From Ignavibacteriota bacterium (GTDB lineage: Bacteria > Bacteroidota > Ignavibacteria > UBA10030): a DNA stretch of 64,000 bases. The position numbers and the translations under genes were made by a program. The stretch's first letter is position 1; each line of letters starts with the position of its first letter. The notes under the pieces are model-generated. The model was given only the letters and a program-made list of their open reading frames with translations, was not told where the DNA came from and did not search any database. Of this stretch, positions 10,556-18,741 are shown in pieces. The DNA is taken from assembly GCA_963701295.1 (NCBI GenBank), contig OY969585.1:1696001-1760000 (forward strand), given 5' to 3'.

Positions 10556-11623
10556 TTATCTCCCGAATACGAGAATAACAAAAGTGTCAGGAATGATGTT
10601 TGGTCGCGGATGCGGTCGTTCCGGCGTTGGTTCCGGCGGAGGACCAAACTGGGCTGTTGCAAGAAATATGTTGTGAGTTTTTGCATCGATTGCCATCGTT
10701 CGAGCACCGCGTTGGGTCGGAATGGTCTCGATGACGCTGAATTGGTCCGGGGAATCCTCGTGAACGACTGTGAGTGTGCCTTCGCCATTGGAACTGAACG
10801 CCAGTTGAGTTGCAGGATCAAATACCGCCGCATCAGTTCCTTCGCCAATAGAGATGGAAGATATAACGCTGCCGTTGTCAGTGTTTAGCACTATCATCTT
10901 CTTGTTTTCGCATGCAGAAAACAATCTTTGATGTTGTCGATCAATGGCAAGTCCGGATGGACTTTTGCCCGGTGCTAAAGGCCACCGTGATTTGACTTCA
11001 AGTTTTCGTGAATCAAGAGCAATGACTTCACTTTTGTCGTCCAGATTGACATAGACCATTCCATTACCGTCTGCAACTGCGAATTCCGGATGTCCACTCA
11101 GCGCAACCGTTCCTGCGGTATTGCCCGTCTTTGCATTGATTACTGAGGCTGACGAACTGCCCCGATTGAATGCAAACACCTGGTGTGTTGCGGGATCGTA
11201 TAAAATCGCATCGGGATTCTTTTCAACCTTTAGAGAACCAATCGGTTGGTATGTGTTGAGATCAAAGATAATGACAGACGAATCTCGTCCATTACTAGTA
11301 AATCCGCGTCCGAGTTCGGAAGCAACAGCAATTCCATGCACGCCATTCGTATTTGGAATATCGCCAACGACATTTCCTGAGTCCGCGTCAACTACAACGA
11401 CATGTGTCGACCGTGAAATATATAATCGCCGCGCATCGCTATCAACATAGAGATAATCCCATCCTCCGCTGCCGCCGAGGTTCAATTTCTTTATGAGACG
11501 ATATCCGCTGGTAACGGAACTCTGGTTGGATTTTGATCGTGCATTCCCCGTTTTGGAAAATCCGTATATGGAGAGCGCCAAAAAAAGAATAGGTAGTATA
11601 AACTGTCGTATTGATAATTGCAT
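10556..11623 (-). CDS. YncE/YVTN-type beta-propeller protein, secreted
   Basis: Signal peptide; GGWDYL, GVHGIA, NPDAILYDP, GHPEFAVADG, GTDAAVFDP, TQRGARTMA; C-terminal PDTFVILVF. Confidence 0.85.
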   Translation of the reverse strand: MQLSIRQFILPILFLALSIYGFSKTGNARSKSNQSSVTSGYRLIKKLNLGGSGGWDYLYVDSDARRLYISRSTHVVVVDADSGNVVGDIPNTNGVHGIAVASELGRGFTSNGRDSSVIIFDLNTYQPIGSLKVEKNPDAILYDPATHQVFAFNRGSSSASVINAKTGNTAGTVALSGHPEFAVADGNGMVYVNLDDKSEVIALDSRKLEVKSRWPLAPGKSPSGLAIDRQHQRLFSACENKKMIVLNTDNGSVISSISIGEGTDAAVFDPATQLAFSSNGEGTLTVVHEDSPDQFSVIETIPTQRGARTMAIDAKTHNIFLATAQFGPPPEPTPERPHPRPNIIPDTFVILVFGR

Positions 11624-11985
11624 AATCGTTACTCCTTATGATGCGATTATAAAATGAATGATATCGGCTTCTATGAGAAGAATATGCACGTTCCATTTTA
11701 ATGAATGGCGTGAAAAAATGATGAAAAGAAGATGAAAACTTTCAGGAAGGTCGGTCTGGTTGGAGTCGAAAAGATTACTGTCCATACGAAAAACCTGAAA
11801 CCAGTGCCAACTATCTGTGTAACTGGAACCGCATAGCATAATGACAGTGATGAGAATATCATAATCATATCATAGCAAAGCAAGTGAAAATGCTCGGTGA
11901 GGTTGAACGTTTTCTTTATATTCCAAAGCATTAAACTCCATTTTTAGTTTTTTTGAAATAGTGGATACGTAAACGACGTATTTTC

Positions 11986-12014
11986 TTGACAATCACTCAC
12001 AAAACATTTATGTT
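11986..12014 (+). promoter_or_regulatory. Sigma70-like promoter for the 12264 lipoprotein gene
   Basis: TTGACA (11986-11991), 17-nt spacer, TATGTT (12009-12014). Confidence 0.45.
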
Positions 12015-12263
12015 TGACATTAATGGACAGTGATAAATACTAAATATAAGGAGACAAAAAAAAGAGAAATTCTATTAGACTATCGAGCCTTTTCACAAGG
12101 AGGCGAGCATCATTATTGATCCTGGCCCCGGACATCTCAATCATCGAATCAGCCATTACTCCCCCCCACTAACTTTAAGTCAACACTATGGAAAGGCAAT
12201 CTCGCATAGCTTAGTGCGATAGTTATCCCTCAATTATCCCTATAACAAAATATGGAGGTTGTC

Positions 12264-13580
12264 ATGTCATCATTTGATTACTCATGGAAGAGAGTTGCGA
12301 TACAAATGTTGATGGTCTCCGCTGGTCTCTTCTTTGCATCTTGCAAACATGAAACTACATCGGAACCCACCACTCCACAACAAAACAGCATCACAATCAA
12401 GGTCCAGGCAAACACGGGCGATACCTTGAAGCTAACAAATAGTCAGGGCGATGAAATCACTCTCGCGATACCACCATGGTCGCTGGATAGCACGATAATG
12501 ATAACTGTTCTTGCGCTCAAGGCTGCGCCAGTAAATCCAATTGCAAAAAACATTTTTCCCGGGGTGAACATCCTTCCGGACGGGATCGTTCTTGAGCGAG
12601 GAGCACGTTTGTCGGTCCACTGCGCATCCGGTCAGCTCGACACTACACGATGCATGCTCATGTATGTAAAAAATGCCGCACAGGTCTTGCCCATCGGAGA
12701 CCGACGAGTTACACCAACAACCCTCGAAGGGACCATCTATCATTTCAGTAATTACTCAGGTGGAGAACCAACCTCTTCAGAAGCAGACGACCAATCGAGC
12801 GGACTCAATGGTTTCATAATGTCGAGTCCGTTGGCGTGGGGCGAATTGTACGACTATGTGAATGCGAGGCTTATGTGGTGGGACTATTACTACATGACGG
12901 GACAAAATGCCAAAGCTGACGTGGAGAAGCAAGAAGCAAGTCAGGCGGTCAATGACGCTGCAAATGCAATCTTGAATATGCCTCCCCCTCAGGATCCATG
13001 TGGTGCATACAAGCTTGCGGTGGCCAAGATCGCAGAACTTGTGTGGGCGGGAGTAGTCGACGACGAGGGTCTCAGTGCGCAGATGTCTGATCTGGTGACC
13101 CAGGTGAATAACAAATGCCTTTTAACCGGCACATTGGAATACAACCACGATTTGACAATCTCATCAGGCAACAACTATCATCATGAAATAGTCACTGGAA
13201 CATTTCCTTTTTCTGTCAACACCGTTGTTGAGCCAATTGGTCAGATTCAAGGAGGAGGAAGCGGAACCATTACCTTGACGGGAGCGGCGGGAGATTGCAC
13301 CTACTCTGGCGGGGGTAAGATCAATGTTACACTAGGAGGTGAGGAAACTGTCGATGAAATGGGCGCGGGATATCTGGAATTCACTCTGGATGAATCATGG
13401 TACTGTCCAGGTTCAATAATAAATTATTGTCCCAATGGTACAACATCATCGCAGTTGCCATGTACTGAGGTTACACCGAAACTCAGGATCCTTCTGCAAG
13501 ATGGCGTTACTTCTGTTCAACCATTTCTTATGGGTTCGGGATCGTATACTTATACCTTGCATATAACACGCGTTCCGTGA
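12264..13580 (+). CDS. Lipoprotein with N-terminal ZU5-like domain (HFS motif), helical middle and Cys-containing beta C-terminus
   Basis: GGAGG RBS before ATG 12264; lipobox FFASC; LAIPPWSL...ILPDGIVL...TIYHFSNY. Confidence 0.65.
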   Translation: MSSFDYSWKRVAIQMLMVSAGLFFASCKHETTSEPTTPQQNSITIKVQANTGDTLKLTNSQGDEITLAIPPWSLDSTIMITVLALKAAPVNPIAKNIFPGVNILPDGIVLERGARLSVHCASGQLDTTRCMLMYVKNAAQVLPIGDRRVTPTTLEGTIYHFSNYSGGEPTSSEADDQSSGLNGFIMSSPLAWGELYDYVNARLMWWDYYYMTGQNAKADVEKQEASQAVNDAANAILNMPPPQDPCGAYKLAVAKIAELVWAGVVDDEGLSAQMSDLVTQVNNKCLLTGTLEYNHDLTISSGNNYHHEIVTGTFPFSVNTVVEPIGQIQGGGSGTITLTGAAGDCTYSGGGKINVTLGGEETVDEMGAGYLEFTLDESWYCPGSIINYCPNGTTSSQLPCTEVTPKLRILLQDGVTSVQPFLMGSGSYTYTLHITRVP

Positions 13581-14452
13581 TCTTGATAATATGCAGAAGG
13601 TTTTCTCTTGAAAATATCGATGGTACATTATGTTCAGCGAGTATGATAGTCAGCTATTATATTCACGGAGTCGCTGATCGAGATCAGGTGTTTGCTCTCT
13701 ATAGTGATAAACCTCTTTGCTCTATACCATATATACAAATGTATGAAGTACATAAGAAATCCCTTCAGATTTTCATCGATGAAGATTTCTTCTTCAGAAT
13801 TTGCGCGTGAGCGCGTGTTACACATCATAGAAAAATCGATCCTGTGTTAAAGGAAATGCTTAATTTTTTGATCCTAAACGGATGAGATAAATAAAACGGC
13901 ATGCATACTGTCAAGTTCAAAAAATATTGTCTACATAGTTCCTATATCGGCCCGCAATTTAGATGTGCCTTTTATTCTGATACTCGCTTTGAAAAAATAA
14001 ATCACGAGTGGTTTTCATTTGGCCATCTCTATTGTGTAAAGAAATATGGTCCTCTTTTATTAATTTTTAATCTTTTTTAATTTTATGCTTGCAACTTGTT
14101 TGAATAAACCTTAATTATTAATAAAGAAGTGAAGCTCACTAATTAATTTATTGTGCAAGCGATAGATAAGTAAAACCTCATCGATCGTTTTAAGGGATTG
14201 GTAGGCGGAACACCGACCGAGTATCAGTTCCCTTCTTTAGAAATCCTAATTGGTGACCCCAATTTATAAAAATTGATCAGCATGCAAGTGCTATAGTATA
14301 TGGATACGAGTGAATCGTGAAATCTCAAAAACAAATACAGCTAGTGGTAGGATAAAACAGTGATCATAGTGATGTATGGATGACTCGCAAAGTGATTGTT
14401 TCTATGGGATTGTTCAAACACAAATTGTAGCTGGTCAATACTTTTATTTAAA

Positions 14453-14866
14453 ATGAAAAATCCATCAATCAAAATTTCTCTCTTTCATTGTTCAAACTCA
14501 ATTTCCCCCGAAGAAATAAATCAAATAAGTTCGCAATTGGGTGAATTTGAATTAAATACTATCAGTGTGCCATGTTCAGGGAAAATCGCTATTGAATATA
14601 TCTTAAAATCTATCGAGACGGGATCCGACACCGCGATACTTGCCGGCTGTATGACGGGTGAATGCAAATTACTTCAAGGCAATCTCCGTGCACGTAAACG
14701 AATAGACGCTATAAACGATCTTTTAAACGAAACAGGCATAGGAAGCGATCGCGTCTCGTTTATCCAAATCGATAATAAAAATAAAACCGAAAATAGTATA
14801 AATGAATTAACAAGTTGCATCCGGCAAATAATAAACGAACAAGAAAAAGTAACTGAAACATTCTAA
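14453..14866 (+). CDS. MvhD-like [2Fe-2S] protein, divergent copy
   Basis: FHCS, VPCSGKI, LAGCMTGECKLLQGN, LLNETGIGSDRV: the MvhD/FlpD pattern. Confidence 0.85.
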   Translation: MKNPSIKISLFHCSNSISPEEINQISSQLGEFELNTISVPCSGKIAIEYILKSIETGSDTAILAGCMTGECKLLQGNLRARKRIDAINDLLNETGIGSDRVSFIQIDNKNKTENSINELTSCIRQIINEQEKVTETF

Positions 14867-14875
14867 AACAATACA

Positions 14876-15766
14876 ATGGACAGCTTACTAGCAAAAAAAA
14901 TTGAAGAAGGGGATTTCATTATTACTGCCGAATATCTTGCAGGCACTAATATTGATTACGATCCTATCAATAAATCACAAATTCCAGGTGTGCTGGCGGT
15001 GAACGTAGCAGATAATCCGTATGGTCCTATTATATCAGGATTGGCATCGGCGATAAAATTAAAACAGGCAGGAATCGAGCCGATATACCAAATTGTTACC
15101 CGTGATCGCAATAGGATCGCTCTTCAATCCGATATCTTAGGTGCAGCGTCTCTGGGCATTAAAAATATATTATGCCTTTCTGGATATCATCAAAGCATAA
15201 CGGAAATTCCGCAATCGGCAAATGTGTACGATGTCGACTCTATTCAACTGATAGACCTTATAACAAGGATGAACAACGAAAGGGTTCTTCTCAACGGCAA
15301 AAAAATCGGCGGCGATTTTTCTATGCTTGTCGGTGCAGTTGCAAATCCTTATTTAAGGCCACTTGAACTTAATATTATGCGTTTGGCCAAAAAAATTAGG
15401 GCCGGGGCAAAATTCATACAGACACAGGGTGTCTTCAATACTACCGATTTTCATGAATGGTTAGACGCGGCATATCAGGAAGGTTTGACGGAGAAGGCCG
15501 CATTCATTGCAGGAATTTATCCGCTTGAAAGTTATGATGAAGCGATTAGTCTCCTGAAAAAACACACAGATTTTTACATACCCGAGTCGCATATCAATAG
15601 TATGAAAGATGCCGGCGGCCCTGCCGAACAAAAGAAAAGAGGCATCGCAATCTGTGTCGAAACGATCAATAAAATAAAGGAAATGAAGGGATTGAGCGGC
15701 ATCCATATCATTTCTGGCGGGAAAGAAGATATTATAAATGAAATCATTTCTGATGCCGGATTATAA
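14876..15766 (+). CDS. metF: Methylenetetrahydrofolate reductase-family (MetF-like) flavoprotein, atypical active site
   Basis: ITAE, NVADNP, TRDRNRIALQSDILGA, KKIRAGAKFIQTQ, GIHI. Has LSGYH in place of the usual LxGD. Confidence 0.85.
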   Translation: MDSLLAKKIEEGDFIITAEYLAGTNIDYDPINKSQIPGVLAVNVADNPYGPIISGLASAIKLKQAGIEPIYQIVTRDRNRIALQSDILGAASLGIKNILCLSGYHQSITEIPQSANVYDVDSIQLIDLITRMNNERVLLNGKKIGGDFSMLVGAVANPYLRPLELNIMRLAKKIRAGAKFIQTQGVFNTTDFHEWLDAAYQEGLTEKAAFIAGIYPLESYDEAISLLKKHTDFYIPESHINSMKDAGGPAEQKKRGIAICVETINKIKEMKGLSGIHIISGGKEDIINEIISDAGL

Positions 15767-15776
15767 TTAGTTACGT

Positions 15777-17177
15777 ATGCCTGAAAAATATCATATTAAA
15801 ACTAGCCACGTTTTACCCAGACTTCCCCGCATTGGGAAATGTGGAATTGTGGACTGGCGCGAAGACTGTGCACGATGCCATAACTGCGTAAAAAAAGCAT
15901 GCGTCTACGACAAATATCGGGAAGAGGGCACATTCATCAGGGATTTGGACGAAGTCCATGCACTCTATTATGAATGCATGGGATGTTTTTCTTGCGTCCA
16001 GAATTGTACGAAGAATTTATTAACGCTAGCCTTAAATTCAGAATATCAAAAACTCGGCAACGAATATTGGAAGCCGCAAATTTTGAGCACAACTTGGTTA
16101 GAGGCAGAAACGGGAAAAGTCCCAGTATCGGGCGCCGGTTACAGGGGCAAATTTTCAGGTCCCGGGTTCGATTCCATGTGGACCGATATGTCCGAAATTG
16201 TTCGCCCTACACGTGACGGTATTCACGGAAGAGAGTATATTAGTACATCCGTAGATATCGGGAAAAAACCTTCCTTCCTAAATTTTCAGAACAATGAGCT
16301 AGCAACAGTTCTTCCTCCTCTTATTTCTATTCCATTCCCTGTTGTTTTTGACGTGTCTTCCGAAAAACATGCGCTTCCCGTTCTTGAGCCTTGTATTATT
16401 GAGACTGCAAAACAAACAGGACTTATCGCTATTATCGATTCAAGGAAGTGGGAAACGATAAAACTGCCTCACAAAGAGGGCTATCTGAACAATATTGCCT
16501 TCTTTTTAAATCCGGATGGGCCGCAGATATCGAAAGAAATTCTCAATAAAACAAGGCTGGTGGAAATTCCGGACAATAAAAATATCGAGCAACGAATCGC
16601 ATCAATAAAGAAAAATCATCCCGGAATAATTATTGCCGTGCGGATATTCATGGATGAAAAAGTTGTAAAACGTGTCGATGAATTGTCAAGAATCGACATT
16701 GAAGCCGTTCATCTGATTGCCGACCTCAACGGCAATGAAATTAATTCAAACAATCCCCGATTCATGAAGGATATTGTCCGAGAAGTTCATGGATGCTTGA
16801 TAAAAAATGAAAAGAGGGATGAAATAACTCTCATTGCCGGAGGTGGAATCGGTTTATCCGAACATGTCGCTAAAGCTATTATATGCGGCGCCGATCTGGT
16901 TTCAATTAATCTGCCGCTGTTGATTGCAATCGAGTGCCGCTTGTGCGAAAGCTGCAAGCCCGGCAACTACTGTCCTGCAAAATTAGACACAGAAATCGAT
17001 TTGCAATACGGGGCCGCACGTATGACCAATTTAATTGGTGCATGGCATTGGCAATTAGTAGAACTAATGGGAGCAATGGGTATGCGAGAAGTGCGAAGAC
17101 TTCGCGGCGATGTTGGGCGCGCAATGTTTAAAGATGAAATTGAAGAAGAAATTTATGGGCCGATCTTTAGAAAATAA
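15777..17177 (+). CDS. Glutamate-synthase-related FMN-barrel protein with N-terminal ferredoxin, degenerate paralog
   Basis: CARCHNC...C and CMGCFSCVQNC; GPGFDS; IAGGGIG...AKAIICGAD; CRLCESC...CP; GAMGMREVRRLRG. MSFG and QGAKPG motifs are absent. Confidence 0.8.
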   Translation: MPEKYHIKTSHVLPRLPRIGKCGIVDWREDCARCHNCVKKACVYDKYREEGTFIRDLDEVHALYYECMGCFSCVQNCTKNLLTLALNSEYQKLGNEYWKPQILSTTWLEAETGKVPVSGAGYRGKFSGPGFDSMWTDMSEIVRPTRDGIHGREYISTSVDIGKKPSFLNFQNNELATVLPPLISIPFPVVFDVSSEKHALPVLEPCIIETAKQTGLIAIIDSRKWETIKLPHKEGYLNNIAFFLNPDGPQISKEILNKTRLVEIPDNKNIEQRIASIKKNHPGIIIAVRIFMDEKVVKRVDELSRIDIEAVHLIADLNGNEINSNNPRFMKDIVREVHGCLIKNEKRDEITLIAGGGIGLSEHVAKAIICGADLVSINLPLLIAIECRLCESCKPGNYCPAKLDTEIDLQYGAARMTNLIGAWHWQLVELMGAMGMREVRRLRGDVGRAMFKDEIEEEIYGPIFRK

Positions 17178-18726
17178 AATTGACCTGGAAAACGTACTCC
17201 CCGGCAACACTTTTAAAACCCGTGTTCCGCAAGTCGAGGTCGAAAAAAATATTAAACCGGCTCCTTCGAGGTACCGCAATGAAATCGCAAAATATCTCAT
17301 CTATCGTGATGAGGGAAAATGCACAATGTGCGGGACATGTGTAAAGACATGCACAAAGGGCGTTCATGTCCTGAAAAAAGGTTATAAGTTATTTGCTACT
17401 CCATTAAGCTATAAGTGCAATGGGTTCGTTTGCGAGAAGACCGAAAATTTTTGTGTCGCAAAATGCCCTAACGGTGCTTTAAGATTGAAAAAAAATCCGA
17501 TAATGGAAGTTATGGGAGATTACAGATGGACGTCGGACATGATTCTTGCAACATGGAGAATGGCCGAGACCGGAGATATTCTTCCTGAGGATTCCGATTT
17601 TGTATATGAGACCGGTGACTCCGGTGGAGGATTCGATAGAATTCGAATTGTGTTTCCTGACAAGCCCGCAACAGTCGACTCCGATGAAATTGATATCAGT
17701 CTTGAGCTGAACAGGAGAAACGATGGCAGGCCGAAGATAAAAATTGATGTGCCCTGGTATGGCGGAGGGATGTCATTCGGCTCTATAAGCAATGTCACCC
17801 AATTGTCGAAGGTCAGAGCAGCATCTGCATGGAATACTTTTTCCTGTTCCGGCGAGGGCGGTTACATGGAACGCCTGCGGCCGTATGACGACCATATGAT
17901 AACACAGGTTGCTACCGGACTTTTCGGTGTGAGAGAAGAAACAATACAAAGAGTTCCGATCGTCGAATTCAAATATGCTCAAGGCGCGAAACCCGGTTTA
18001 GGTGGCCACTTGCTGGGCACGAAGAATACTCCCGCTGTTGCAAAAATGCGAGAAGCTGTTCAGGGAATTCCATTATTCTCTCCGTTCCCCTTTCACAGTG
18101 TCTATTCAATCGAAGACCATATGAAACACATCGATTGGATAAAACATATAAATCCGAGAGCTCTGATCTCCACAAAGGTTTCTACTCCAACCGATGTAGA
18201 TATGGTTGCCGTTGGAAGTTATTATGCAGGCACGCACATAATACATATAGATGGAGGGTATGGAGGCACGGGAGCTGCTCCTGATATAGCCAAGAAGAAT
18301 ATTGCAATGCCTATAGACTACGCCATCCCGAAGGTTCATAATTTTCTTTCAGCAGAAGGTATCCGCGACGCCGTTGTATTGATAGCAAGCGGCGGTATAC
18401 GTAATTATTATGATATCGCGAAGGCGATTTGCCTCGGTGCCGACGGAGTTGTAATCGGAACTGCAGAATTGGTAGCACTGTGCTGCCTAAGATGCAGCAG
18501 ATGCGAAAGCGGCAAAGGCTGCCCAAGAGGTATTGCGACAACAAATCCGGAACTTGCAGCACAAGTTACTATTGAATGGGGAACGCAGCGTATCATCAAT
18601 CTTTACAACGCCTGGTCAATCGGATTAAAAAACATATTAAGACGCCTCGGCTTGAAAACCGTTAAAGAATTACGCGGAAGAACGGATTTGTTAATACATC
18701 TGGATATCTCGAAGAAGCAAAGTTAA
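17155..18726 (+). CDS. Glutamate synthase FMN-binding (synthase) subunit with N-terminal ferredoxin (archaeal/split type)
   Basis: GGMSFGS, SGEGG, QVATGLFGV, AQGAKPGLGGHL, SPFPFHSVYSIED, DGGYGGTGAAP, ASGGIR, CLRCSRCESGKGCPRGIAT. Start at 17155 is inferred. Confidence 0.9.
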   Translation: MGRSLENKIDLENVLPGNTFKTRVPQVEVEKNIKPAPSRYRNEIAKYLIYRDEGKCTMCGTCVKTCTKGVHVLKKGYKLFATPLSYKCNGFVCEKTENFCVAKCPNGALRLKKNPIMEVMGDYRWTSDMILATWRMAETGDILPEDSDFVYETGDSGGGFDRIRIVFPDKPATVDSDEIDISLELNRRNDGRPKIKIDVPWYGGGMSFGSISNVTQLSKVRAASAWNTFSCSGEGGYMERLRPYDDHMITQVATGLFGVREETIQRVPIVEFKYAQGAKPGLGGHLLGTKNTPAVAKMREAVQGIPLFSPFPFHSVYSIEDHMKHIDWIKHINPRALISTKVSTPTDVDMVAVGSYYAGTHIIHIDGGYGGTGAAPDIAKKNIAMPIDYAIPKVHNFLSAEGIRDAVVLIASGGIRNYYDIAKAICLGADGVVIGTAELVALCCLRCSRCESGKGCPRGIATTNPELAAQVTIEWGTQRIINLYNAWSIGLKNILRRLGLKTVKELRGRTDLLIHLDISKKQS

Positions 18727-18741
18727 CATCCATCAGAATTT

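Noticed and set aside
11636-11931. Short hydrophobic ORFs upstream of the beta-propeller gene
   Set aside because: No family motif or convincing start; treated as intergenic.
13580-13828. Short ORFs downstream of the ZU5-like lipoprotein (possible immunity gene or PIN-like relic, IFIDENL)
   Set aside because: Too short and too weak to support a call.
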